NCBI GenBank assembly: GCA_030390025.1
Contig: CM059432.1
Coordinates: forward strand, 20,958,001 to 21,022,000
DNA: 64,000 nucleotides
Direction of reading: 5' to 3'
Source of the DNA: Squalus acanthias
Lineage: Eukaryota
The notes beneath the pieces are model-generated. The model was given only the letters and a program-made list of their open reading frames with translations, did no database searches and was not told the DNA's origin. This document shows, piece after piece, positions 47,358-59,125 of the stretch. The translations under genes were made by a program, and so were the position numbers. Position 1 is the first letter of the stretch; each line of letters begins with the position of its first letter.

Positions 47358-50300
47358 TATAAGAACATAAGAAATAGGAGCAGGAGTAGGCCAATCGGCC
47401 CCTCGAGCCTGCTCCGCCATTCAATAAGATCATGGCTGATCTGATCCTAACCGCCAATCTACTATCTATCACAGAACCATCTCCTGCATCTAACAGAATT
47501 GCACACACGAAATAGGAGCAGAATCAGGCTACACAGTCCCTGGCCCCGCTCCACTACCCACAGGGCCATGACCGATCCGAACCTAGACTCATGTCCAAAT
47601 TCCTGCCCGCTCCCCGTAACCCTTAATGCCCTTTACTTCTAGGAAACTGTCTATTTCTGTTTTAAATTTATTTAATGATGTAGCTTCTACAGCTTTTTGT
47701 GGCAGCATATTCCATGGACCTACCACCCTCTGAGTGAAGTAGTTCCTCCTCATCTCAGTTTTGAAAGAGCAGCCCCTTATTCTAAGACTATGTCCCCTAG
47801 TTCTAGTCTCACCCGTCATCGGGAACATCCTCCCCGCATCCACCCGATCCAACCCCTTCACAATCTTATATGTTTCAATAAGATCGCCTCTCATTCTTCT
47901 GAACTCCAATGAGTAGAGTCCCAATCTACACAACCTCTCCTCATATGACCACCCCCTCATCCCCGGGATTAACCGAGTGAACCTTTTTTGCACTGCCTCG
48001 AGAGCAAGGATGTCTTTCCTTAAGTAAGGACACCAAAACTGTATGCAGTATTCCAGGTGCGGTCTCACCAATACCTTGTACAACTGAAGCAATACCTCCC
48101 TATTTTTATATTCTATCCCCCTAGCAATGAAAGCCAACATTCCATTGGCCTTCTTAATCACTTGCTGCACCTGCATACTAACCTTTTGAGTTTCGTGCAC
48201 CAGGACCCCCAGATCCCTTTGCACTTCAGTACTCTCCAGTTTCTTGCCATTAAGATAATAAATTGCTCTAGGATTTTTCCTGCCAAAGTGCATCACCTCA
48301 CACTTTCCAGTGTTGTATTCCATCTGCCAAATCTCTGCCCACTTACTTAGCCTGTCTATGTCCCCTTGCAGGTTTTTTATGTCCTCCTCACTCACTACTT
48401 TCCCTCCCATCTTTGTATCATCTGCAAATTTTGATATGTTACACTTGGTCCCTTCCTCCAAATCGTTAATATAGATTGTAAAGAGTTGGGGACCCAGCAC
48501 TGACCCCTGTGGAACACCACTAGTTACTGATTGCCAGTCTGAGAATGAACCATTTATCCCAACTCTTTGCTTTCTGTTAGATAGCCAATCCTCTATCCAT
48601 GCCAGAATATTACCCCCAATCCCGTGATTTTTTACCTTAAGCAATAATCTTTTGTGTGGCACCTTGTCAAATGCCTTTTGGAAGTCTAAATACACTACGT
48701 CCACTGGTTCCCCTTTATCCACTCTATATGTTACTTCCTCAAAGAACTCCAGCAAATTTGTCAAACATGACTTCCCCTTCGTAAAACCATGCTGACTTTG
48801 TCCTATTAAATTATGATTATCCAAATGTCCTGTTACTGTTTCCTTAATAATGGACTCCAAAATTTTACCTACCACAGATGTTAGGCTAACCGGTCTATAG
48901 TTACCAGCCTTCTGTCTACTGCCGTTTTTAAATAAGGGTGTTACATTAGCAGTTTTCCAGTCTGCCGGGACCTTAGCGGAATCCAGGGAGTTTTGAAAAA
49001 TTATTACCAATGCATCTACAATCCCTACCGCCACTTCCTTCAAGACTCTAGGATGTAAGCCATCAGGTCCAGGTGATTTATCCGCCTTGAGTCCCATTAT
49101 TTTACCGAGTACCACTTCCTTAGTGATTTTGATCATGTTTAGCTCCTCTCCCCCTATAGCCCCATGTTTGTCCAGTGTTGGGATATTCTTAGTGTCCTCT
49201 ACTGTAAAGACTGATACAAAATATTCATTCAGTGTTTTTGCCATCTCCATATTTCCCACCATTAATTTCCCGGTCTCATCCTCTAAGGGACCAACATTTA
49301 CTTTAGCCACCCTTTTTCTTTTTATATAACTATAAAAACTCTTACTATCTGTTTTTATATTTTTTGCTAATTTACTTTCATAATCTATCTTCCCTTTCTT
49401 AATCAATCTTTTTGTTATTTTTTGCTGCCTTTTAAAGTTTTCCCAATCCTCTGTCCTCCCACTAGATTTCGCTACCTTATATGCCCTTGTTTTTAGTCGA
49501 ATACTATCCTTAATTTCTTTACTTAGCCACGGATGACTGTCCTTTCTTTTACACCCTTTTCTTTTCAGTGGAATATATATTTTTTGGAAGTTGTAAAATA
49601 ACTCCTTGAATGTACACCACTGATCATGTGTCGTCTTACCCTTTAATCTATTTTCCCAATCCACTCTACTCAATTCCGCTCGCATACCTTCATCGTCTCC
49701 TTTATTCAAGCTTAGCACGCTTGTTTGAGATCCAACCTTCTCACCCTCTAATTGAATATGGAATTATGGTCACTAATTCCAAGGGGATCCTTTACTAGGA
49801 CATTTTTAATTAATCCTGTCTCGTTACACAGGACCAGATCTAAGGTTGCTTGCCCCCTGGTCGGTTCAGTTACATACTGCTCAAGAAACCCATCCCTAAT
49901 ACACTCAATGAACTCATCCTCAAGGCAGCCCTGCCCCATTTGATTTGTCCAATTAATATGATAGTTAAAATCCCCCATAATTATAGATGTTCCCTTATTA
50001 CATGCCTCAACTATTTCCTGATTGATACTCCGTCCAACAGAGTTGCAACTGTTCGGAGGCCTATAGACTACGCCCACTAGTGTTTTTTTCCCCTTATTAT
50101 TCCTTATCTCCACCCAAACTGTTTCATTATCATGATTTTTTGACCCAATATCATTACTCTGTATTACAGTGATTCCTTCCTTTATTAACATAGCCACCCC
50201 AACTCCCCTTCCTTCCTGCCTGTCCTTCCTGATCGTTAAATAACCTGGTATGTTTAATTCCCAGGCATTGTCACCCTGCAGCCATGTGTCTGTAATGGCC

Positions 50301-50882
50301 ACAATATCATAACCATATGTAGTTATTTGTGCCATTAACTCGTCTATTTTGTTACGAATGCTACGTGCATTCAGATAGAGAACTTTCAAATATGCTTTGT
50401 GGCACTTAGTTCCTGCTTTTTCACTTTTTACCACTTTACCTTTTACTCCACACACTCTGTCCCTTCCTGCCACGCTCTGATTTGTGATTCCCCTACTGCT
50501 ACCTATGTCTATGACCCTCTCTGTTGTCATTTTTATTTTTTGCTCTCTTGAAACCTCCCCCCCACTAATTAGTTTAAAGCCCTCTCCACAGCCCTAGTTA
50601 TTCGATTCGCCAGGACACTAGTCCCAGCACTGGCCAAGTGAAGTCCGTCCCAACGGAACAGCTCTCTCCTGCCCCAGTACTGGTGCCAGTGTCCCAAGAA
50701 GCAAAACCCATTTTTCCCACACCAGTCTTTGAGCCACGCATTCAACTCCCTGATTTTATTTACCCTAGCCAAATTTGCTCGTGGCTCAGGTAGTAATCCA
50801 GAGATTATTACCCTCGAGGTTCTGCTTTTTAATTTGGCCCCTAGCTGCTCAAACTCCCTCAGCAGAACCTCTTTCCTTGGCC
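47358..50882 (-). mobile_element. 5'-truncated CR1 LINE (end of ORF1 plus whole ORF2)
   Basis: ORF1 esterase C-terminus at 50569-50880, ORF2 at 50530-47589, and CR1 tail at 47358-47452. Confidence 0.95.
47589..50530 (-). pseudogene. CR1 ORF2, one frameshift near 49765
   Basis: 260-aa EN ORF and 709-aa RT ORF (KFADD). A short deletion follows SDHN. Confidence 0.9.
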
Positions 50883-50884
50883 TA

Positions 50885-51343
50885 ACACAAGAGTCACTCA
50901 GTTGTAACTAGATCTCCGTGACCTCCGCCAGCCCTACAACCCTCCGAGCACTCTGTGTTCCTACAACTCTTGTGCATCCCCTGCCATTGGTGTAAAAAAC
51001 GACAATGCTGGAAACACTCAGCAGGTCAGGCAGCATCTGTGGAGAGAGAAACAGAGTTAACGTTTCAGGTCAAAGACCTTTAGTCGTTGGTGGTTGTGCC
51101 TTCAGCCGTCTAGGCCCTAAGCTCTGGAATTCCTTTCCTAAACTGCTCCGCGCCTCCACCTCCTTCTCCTAATTTAAGATGTTACTTAAAACCTATTTCT
51201 TTCACCAAGCTTTTGGTCACCTATTCTAATGTCTCCTTCTTTGACTCAGTGTCAATTTTTGTCTGATTACGCTCCTGTGAAGCGCCTTGGGATGTTTTAC
51301 CATATTAAAGGCACCATATAAATGCAAGTTTTTGTTGTTGTTG
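50885..51343 (+). mobile_element. L2 3' end interrupted by a short Penelope pseudo-LTR piece (about 50993-51082)
   Basis: Colinear with 41940-42296. Insert AATGCTGGAAACACTCAGCAGG..GTTAACGTTTCAGGTC flanked by C(A/G)TTGGTG. Confidence 0.8.
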
Positions 51344-51427
51344 TAGACAGGCCTTAGTTTCTCCCACAAGACTTCATCACCATATTCTCCCCTCTGTGAT
51401 TCTCTTTCCACTACTTTGTGTGTGTGT

Positions 51428-52269
51428 GTGGGTGATTTTATCAATGGGGACGTGATGAAGGCGGGACTGCTGCTTGTCGGGTTTTAGTCCCGCCTCCATT
51501 GACGCCCGGCCAACCCACGCTATTTTCCCTTGATTGACCTTGTTAAGCCCGCCCAGCCTGCTTAGCAGGCCAATTAAGGGAAAGCCAGTAACAGAGAACG
51601 TCAACGTATGACGTTTCATCTGTCAAGATTTTTTGACAGATGAATTGTCAGCGTTTGACAGCTCTGTGAAGCTGTCAAACACTGACAATCTGTCTTCTAA
51701 GTTGAGTCCTTTACTCAAGACTCACTTAGAAAGCTTTCCTGAGCAGAAAGCAGAAGGCTGCTGCATTTGAGAATGGAGCGGCCATTCTGATTTCTCTGCC
51801 GGTGAGATGAGGCAGCTCCGCAGCCTCAAAGGATGAAGCCTGAACGAAAGAGCAAAGGTAAGTCATCAGTAAAACACTTTAGAGTCAACTCACACACTTA
51901 CCTCTCCACACTTGCACTCATCACTCACTGCACACCGGACATTTCGGCCCCTCCGACCCCCGCAGACCCACAGCTCGCCTCGCTGACCCTGGCAAGGTTT
52001 GGAGCCGTTGGGAAGCCCACACTTTGGGGCTCAAAATAGGAATTAGCCAAAAAACTGCCTGTTAACTACCTGTTAACCCGCAGTTAATTGGCACTAATCT
52101 CCCTTCCCGCCTCGAGGAGACGGGACCCGGCGCGGGTCGGGTACCCGCCTCCTGGGAAACTGGCACGGAGGCGGGTTGGGGGCGGGATGGGTACCCGCTC
52201 CCAGATTCTGCCATTTTCCCGGCAGTCCCGCCTCCATACCCGCCTCCCCAGGGCTGGCAAAATCGCCTC

Positions 52270-52270
<1 letters not shown>
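51428..52270 (+). mobile_element. Harbinger-derived MITE inserted in a (TG)n tract
   Basis: TIRs GTGGGTGATTTT / AAAATCGCCTCC with TG repeats on both sides. Shares TGTTAAGCCCGCC..GGCCAATTA with 14412-14446. Confidence 0.75.
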
Positions 52271-52272
<2 letters not shown>

Positions 52273-52300
<28 letters not shown>

Positions 52301-52312
52301 ATATATATATGT
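52273..52312. repeat. (TG)n(AT)n microsatellite
   Basis: Direct reading. Confidence 0.9.
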
Positions 52313-52389
52313 ATACGTGTATCTACATAAATATAACATATAAAAATCACACATTGAAAACAATGGTACTCATCAGAAATTACCACGCA

Positions 52390-52827
52390 CTGTAGAAGGG
52401 CGGTAAATTCGAAACTAATCTGCAGAAACAATATGTCAGTGAGCAAGGCATAAATCTATGGAACAGTCTCACTAGGGAGACAGAGAAAGCAGATAGTATT
52501 GATTCATTCCAATGCACATTAGATCGATTTCTTTCTGAAAATAACATTTTGGGATATATTATATGAGTAATTTGAGACATGACATGTGGTAAGCGTAGCG
52601 TGCTTGGGAGGAAAAAGGTGACTTTGGACCTATGGTTCCCAAAGCGCTCCATCACTGGAGTTTTTAATGTGTCATTTCTGGATCTGTTGCAGACTAATTG
52701 ATAGAGATTGAGTGCTACGATTAGTCAGCAGCTCCGCTATCATTGTAGCATGCGACTACCAGGATGGGAGAAGGCAAACTAGATGGACCTTGGTCTTTTG
52801 TTGTCTAGCAGTTTCTATGTTCCTATC
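52390..52827 (+). mobile_element. CR1-type 3' end with long 3' UTR (second copy at 55462-55726)
   Basis: CTATGGAACAGTCTC..TTAGATCGATTTCT (WNSL..LDRFL) then an UTR ending in TTTCTATGTTCCTAT. Confidence 0.7.
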
Positions 52828-53247
52828 TTTAAGTGATGACCTCAATTTGACAGCTCTATTGAAATCCACTCAGAAGCTGAGAAAGCCTTCAGGCAGTGGG
52901 TCGAAAGATCCCAGAAGAATTTTCACACTGCACTGAAGAAAGGAAGCCAATTTCTTTTCTATAAATGTGAAGGTTCTTTTCTAGTTAACTGAGGTAATGC
53001 TGAAACTTTCAAAAAATACCAGAACGGAGACTTTAAGCTGTGTTCAAGTTGACACTTTGAGTTATATTTTCGTCTGTTTAAAAAAAAATGGGAGAAATGC
53101 TCCTTTTGTTCAGAATTAACAACCCATTAGCAGAATCGTGGGAGTGTGTAGTTTTGAAATGTATGATTCTTGACACTGTGATTTTAACGGGAATGAAAAT
53201 ATAGCAGACAATTACAAGGCACTACTAATAATAATCCTTTAATGATT

Positions 53248-54167
53248 CTTCTTCTTAGGCAGTCCCTCGGAACTGAGGATGACTTGCTTCCACATTAAAA
53301 ATGAGTTCTCAGGTGACTGATGAGTCCAATGCGGGATCGACAGACTCTGTCACAGGTGGGGCAGACGGTGGTTGAAGGGGCGGGTGGGTGGGGTGCTTGG
53401 GTTGACGTGCGCTCCTTCCGCTGCTTGCGCTTGGCTCGAGATGTTCGGCACCTTCCCGAATGCTTCTCCTCCACTTTGTGCGGCCTTGGGCCAGGGATTC
53501 CCAGGTGTCGGTGGGGATGTTGCACTTTTTCAAGGAGGCTTTGAGGTTGTCCTTGAAGCGTTTCCTCTGCCCACCTGGGGCTCTCTTGCCGTGCCGGAGC
53601 TCCGATTAAAGCGCTTGTTTTGGGAATCTTGTATCGGGCATGCGGACGATGTGACCTGTCCATCGGAGCTGATCGAGCGTGGTCAAAGCTTTGATGCTGG
53701 GGATGTTGGCCTGAGCGAGAACGCTGATGTTGGTGCGCCTATCCTGCCAATGGATTTGCAGGATCTTGCAGAAGCAGCGTTGGTGGTACCTCCCCAGTGC
53801 TTTGAGGTGCCTGCTGTACATTGTCCATGTCTCTGAGGCATACAGGAGGGCGGGTGTGACTACTGCTCTGTAGACCATGAGCTTGGTGCCGGGTTTGAGG
53901 TCCTGGTCTTCAAACACTCTCTTCCTCAGGCGACCGAAGGTTGCACTGGCACACTGAAGGCGGTGTTGGACTTCGTCATCGACGTCTGCCCTTGTTGACA
54001 GTAGGCTCCCGAGGTATGGAAAGTGGTCCATGTTGTCCAAGACCTTGTCGTAGATTTTGATAATCGGGGGGCAGTAATGTGTGGCGGGGGCAGGTTGGTA
54101 GAGGACCTTTGTCTTACGGATGTTTAATGTAAGGCCCATGCTCTCGTACGCTTCGGTGAAGGTGTTG
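53248..54167 (-). mobile_element. 5'-truncated RTE-clade LINE, copy 2
   Basis: Homologous to 24401-25330. C-terminal CPTCDRVCRSRIGLISHLRTH finger, (AAG)n tail, 46-47-bp flanking direct repeat. Confidence 0.92.
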
Positions 54168-54299
54168 ATAGCAGACAATTACAAGGTCCACCAATAATCA
54201 TCCTTTAATGATTACAAAGCAAGTGATAAACCACATTACCGATATATAGATGTTGAAAAATCATGAAGTGTGCAGAATTCATTTCAAATGGCACACCCT

Positions 54300-54856
54300 A
54301 GAATCATTGAATTTTACACAACAGATCAAGATGATTCAACCCATCGCAGCTGTGCCAGCTCTTTGAAAGATCCCTCCACTTAGTCCGATAATATCCCTGC
54401 CCCTTCCCCGTAAACATTGAAATTTTTCTTTTTCAAATATTAAACCACTTCCCTTTTAAAAGTTATTATGGATTCTGCTGGGTATTCCATGTCCTAACAT
54501 TGCTTTGATTAAAAAAAATCTGCTAATCTTTCCCTTTGTACTTTGGTGCTGATCTTAAATTTATGCCCTATAGTTACCAATTCATTGACCACTTAAAAGT
54601 TTTTCCTGATTTACTTTATCAAAACCTCTCATACTTTCAAACACCTCTGTCAGATCGCCTCTAAATCTTCTTTATTCTAATGAAGAGTCCCAGTTTATTT
54701 ACTCTCCTCATAACTAAAGCCTCTCATCCATGCAAGTTGAATCTCTTCTGTACCCTCTCCATGGTTTTGACATTTTTCCTAAAATAAGACACCTTAAACC
54801 TCACACAATATTCTACCTGCTACCTAACAAATGATTTATTTGCTTTTATACTCTAT
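54300..54856 (-). mobile_element. Old CR1 3' fragment (appears to continue at 55727-56330)
   Basis: Degenerate colinearity with 35255-35850, then with 36020-36660 after two nested inserts. Confidence 0.6.
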
Positions 54857-55461
54857 GGAGTAAAAATTGAGTCGCGCCCCATTTGGGGCGCTAACCTCGC
54901 CGGGGCGCGACTTTTAGCGCCCCGAAAAAATTAGCGGCCCCGCGCCGGAACTTCAGTGGTTGCGCCCCAAGAGGGAAGCGGGGCGCCACTGGAAGCACCC
55001 CGCATCCCTCTTGGGGCGCTGCGAGGGAATATCCTGGCGCTACGTGCCGCAGCGCCACGCGCTGCGGCACGTCGCGCCGCGGTATTGCAGGCCTTCCTCC
55101 CCTTCTTAAAGGGGAGGGACCCTGCGCAGCGCGAACCGGGGCCCAGCTGGGCCCCCAGGGATCGGGAGTGCCGGCAAAAGAGCCCGGCACTCAAGAGAAG
55201 TGCCGGGCTCTTGGAGCGCAGCCGGCACTTCACGGTGGGGGGGCTTCACGGGGGCCGGGGACAGCAACGGGGGCAGGTGCTGGCAGGCGGCCAGCAACAA
55301 AAATGGCCGCCTGCCACCTCCCCTTTAAATATCGCCGCCCCGGCCGCACGTACGCCTCCCTGAACCCGTCGGACATAGCGTCTGGCGGTAAATCAGGGGG
55401 CGCGACTGAAGATCACGGCCGGGGCGCGAGCGGGGTGCTGCGCACGGCGATGACGTCATCG
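54857..55461. mobile_element. GC-rich Harbinger-type MITE, truncated
   Basis: Starts GGAGTAAAAATT, related to 5118-5504. The right end is missing at the junction with a CR1 tail. Confidence 0.6.
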
Positions 55462-55726
55462 TTCTACATGAGCATTTTGACACATGCCATGTGGTAAGTG
55501 TAGCCTGCTTGGCAGGGAAAAGGTGACTTTGGATAAATGGTTCCCAATGCTCTCCACCACTGGGGTTTTCCTCGTGTCATTTCTGGGTCTGTTGTCGAGT
55601 AATTGATGGAGCTGGATTGTTATGATTAGTCAACAACACCATTATCATGGTATCATGTGACTACCAGGATGGTACAGGGCAAACTAGATGGACCTTAGTC
55701 ATTTTTCGTCTAGCAATTCCTATGTA
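55462..55726 (+). mobile_element. CR1-type long 3' UTR fragment
   Basis: Colinear with 52560-52820. Confidence 0.7.
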
Positions 55727-57016
55727 CCAAAATGTATCACCTCACATTTCTCTGTAATCATTTCATCTGCTATCTATAAGCCAGATCTACTAACCAGTTG
55801 AAATCTTGAAGCCACTTAGAGTCCTCTCTACAGTTAACTATGTTATTTTTGTGTTGTCTGATAATCTGGATATTGTGCCCCTTGTACACAAGTCTAGATC
55901 ATTTATATGTATCTTGAAAAGAGCAATGCTCTCATGACTGATGCCTGGTTGGGGGTGGGGCACCACTGATAACATCCCTCCACTTGGAAAAACATTCATT
56001 ACCCACTACTTTCTATTTTCTAACCGTTTCCATATCTATGCTACTGCATTCCCTTTAACCCTGTGTGTCTTAATTTTATCAACAGCACCTTATCAAGCAT
56101 CTTTTGAAAATCCATATACTGAACATCCACAGCATTTCCTTTCTTAATAACCATTGTTATTTCCTCCAAGAATTCTATTAATTACTTATCTTTTACAAAT
56201 ATATGCTGGCTGTCCTTAATTACTCCAATTCATTCTAGGTGCGTATTGATTTTATCCCTCTAGAAGCTGACCCTTTACCACTGTTAGACAGACTGGTCTA
56301 TAGATCTGTCCCTTTCTCCCTTTTTGGACAGAGATGTTACATTGGTAACTCTCGGCCCCTAGCACAGCTTCCATATGAAAAATGTGAGAAAAGTGTAATT
56401 TTCAGACTCGGCACTTGGCAGTGATTGTCAGCAGAGTGTCCAATTGCAGTGGATATCACAGACATAGAACTGTAGATGTTTCTAGCACAGAAAGAGCCCG
56501 TTCAAACCATCGTGTCTGTGCTGGCTCTTTGCCAGACCACTAGGCTGAGTCAAGCACAATCCTATCCTCAACCAACATCCACATTTCCAGTCAGGGGGGT
56601 GGGGTCACTGATCCTGTTCTCACATGAAGTCCACACTTCTAACAAGGGGCACTGGATAGCAACTAAACTTGGGAATCTTGTCTAATTTTGTTGGTCCTTG
56701 CAAGTGTTGTGCTGTTCCCACATTTTGTTTATTTGCTAATTGTTTCTATTACTTTCTGCTCATTCTTATTTGGTGAGTTTTCGTCTCTTATTAGTATCTT
56801 TTGTTTGGTTTTGCCAGTTTTTCCCTCCTCTTCTAAAGGAGACCATTGCTGGGGTAGGACTACGTTAGTGCTGGCCGCCCTCTGATGTCTTGCCAAGTTC
56901 ATTCCTTCCTTCGTTCATGTGTTCCTTCTATCCATGTGGCTGCTCTTCATGTGTGAGCCTCGACAGTGAGTGTTAAAAGGCTATGTGGGGATCAGAGCAC
57001 AGCCCCATACTGAACT

Positions 57017-57512
57017 CACTCAGCAGGTCAGGCAGCATCATGGAGAGAGAAACAGAGTTAACGTTTCAGGTCGATGACCCTTTGTCAGAACTGGAAAAAG
57101 CTAGAGATGTAACAGATTTTAAGCAGGTGCAGAGGCAAGGAGAGGGGGGGGGAAGGATCTGAAGGAACAGTCTGTGCTAGGGTAGGAGGCAGGAAAGATT
57201 AAATGTTGCAAATGGGGATGGCAGAATCATACAGCCTGAAAAATGGGGGCAGGTGTTATAGTCTGAAATTGTTGAACTCAATGTTGAGTCCAGAAGGCTA
57301 TAAAGTGCCGAATCAAAAGATGAGGTGCTGTTCCTCGAGCTTCCGCTGAGCTTCATAAGAGGTTCAGTTTGCTTACGGAAACTGTGAACATGAGAGCAAG
57401 TGTTAGGGAAAAGCCTGACTGTAACAAGGTATTCCCAAGTCTTGCTTGGTTTCCATGGTGAGGGGCGTTGTTGTTTCAGATTTCCAGCATCCGCAGTATT
57501 TTGCTATTGTGT
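57017..57512 (-). mobile_element. Penelope-like element 3' fragment with inverted pseudo-LTR piece
   Basis: Minus 57354-57256 reads EAQRKLEEQHLIF*FGTL*PSGLNIEFNNFRL*, the Penelope GIY-YIG C-terminus. Perfect 13-bp TSD CCCATACTGAACT at 57004-57016 and 57513-57525. Confidence 0.9.
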
Positions 57513-58054
57513 CCCATACTGAACTGAGCTGACTTCTACACATGTACTTCACAGCAGGTTTCATTTCATAGTTATCCGGACTCGAAACATAGCTGATTTT
57601 ATTCCCCATTAACTTATGGAAACTAAGGTCAAATATTGTAGCTCTACCATCACCGTGACCTGGATCAACTAACTCAACACAGACTGGGGATGTGATGCTT
57701 GCTAAACTTGCAGCCATTGTGTACCAGCATCTGTCTTCGCTTGCTGTGGAAAAAGAAATTTGTTTTGGAGTTCTCGGTAATAGGAGATGATAGTGAATAA
57801 GTGATGTTATAATGTTAATGTCAATAATTGACTCTCTGGCTTTTGTCTTTTTTCCTATTTTATGCTGCTAAACATGCTCAAATGGCTAATCCTACTGGCT
57901 TCTGCTGTTGCCCAGGGACAGGCACAGCAATGAGCCGATACATTCATCCTTGTACCAGAGAGGCTATAAATGAGTGAGAACACATAGCTGCAGTTTCAAG
58001 CAGGCAGCCTCGGGGTGCACTAGTTTTAAAAATAAGTGATTTTTTTTTAAGTAG

Positions 58055-58275
58055 CCCTGGTGACTCAGTTGGGAAATGCACCGTCTACTGTGGTAACCAG
58101 CCATACAGACCTGTAGACTAAAGTTCGATCTTTTACCTGAGCTACTTCTCTGATCTCAACCAGGGCTATGTTAGGGACACTATAGTTTACCTCAGGATCC
58201 CAGGCTGGAGAGGAGAAAAATCAACCAGCGTGTCAGCTCCAATGACCCCTGCTGGAAAGTGCATATGGAGGGAGA
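58055..58275 (+). mobile_element. Old tRNA-derived SINE fragment
   Basis: TGACTCAGTTGG A box and AGTTCGATC B box; body related to 18530-18830 and 62080-62435. Confidence 0.5.
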
Positions 58276-58413
58276 AAAAGAAAAATGATTTTTAAACATT
58301 GGGTTGACAGAAAAAATAATGGATGTCGGGGGGTGATTACAAGGTAGTAATCTCACATGAAGATAACGCTTCAACAATTTATAATCTTCAATAAGAAACA
58401 TATGTATCTCTTA

Positions 58414-58746
58414 AATAACAACAGAAAATGCTGGAAACACTCAGCAGGCCAGGCAGCATCCGTGGAGAGAGAAACAGAGTTAACGTTTCAGGTCTGGGAC
58501 CCTTCATCAGAACTGGAAAAAGCTGGAGATGTAACAGATTTTAAGCAGGTGCAGAGACAGGGAGAGGGGGGAGGGTGGGAAGGGAGGAAGGAATTGAAGG
58601 AATATTCTGTGCTAAGGTAAGAGGCCGGAAAGATAAAATGTTGCAAATGGGGATGGCAAAATCATACAGCATGAAAAATGGGAGCAGGGGTTATTGTCTG
58701 AAATTGTTGAATTCAATGTTGAGTCCAGAAGGCATTGCTATTGTAT
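58414..58746 (-). mobile_element. Penelope-like 3' fragment
   Basis: Colinear with 57017-57298. 14-bp TSD ATATGTATCTCTTA at 58400-58413 and 58747-58760. Confidence 0.88.
58478..58514 (-). ncRNA. Minimal type I hammerhead ribozyme motif in Penelope pseudo-LTR
   Basis: Minus strand AGTT-CTGATGA-AGGGTCCCAGACCT-GAAA-CGT-T-AACT: intact CUGAUGA and GAAA boxes, stem I AGTT/AACT, a stem II hairpin and a palindromic ACGT stem III. Confidence 0.7.
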
Positions 58747-58997
58747 ATATGTATCTCTTACTTTGCCACAATATACTATGGAGCTCCTAGAAGTGGTTTT
58801 ATATAGTTTATTTTCTTGACAGCAATGACTATCAAAGCCTGTGCCAATGGCTAGTGAACTCCACGCAGTCTATGCATATTGATGTTCACATTGAAGGACA
58901 AATGATTTTAACAGAATTGCTGAAAGCTGATCGAGTAATAAAATCAACAACTGTTTTTTTGGAAGATAATACAATCAATAAATAGTGTGTGGAATAC

Positions 58998-59125
58998 ACT
59001 GGTAGACTCGCAGTGGATTACAATGCATTAATCCAATCCACGGATTTAGACATATAAACTGCAACAGGTTTGTTCACCAACTACTGTGAGATTGGATTAG
59101 TGTAATCCTCTGCAAGACTTCCAGT
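58998..59125. repeat. Foldback element (old MITE-like hairpin)
   Basis: Arm ACTGGTAGACTCGCAGTGGATTACA..TAATCCAATC pairs with GATTGGATTAGTGTAATCCTCTGCAAGACTTCCAGT. Confidence 0.7.

Noticed and set aside
54857..55461. CpG island suggesting a gene promoter
   Set aside because: Explained by a GC-rich MITE related to 5118-5504
56330..56424. Possible GIY-YIG remnant (CYIGNSRPLAQ..IFRLGT)
   Set aside because: The motifs are too short and too close together to support by eye
57862..57933. Signal-peptide-like micro-ORF MLLNMLKWLILLASAVAQGQAQQ
   Set aside because: Stops after 23 codons with no canonical splice donor
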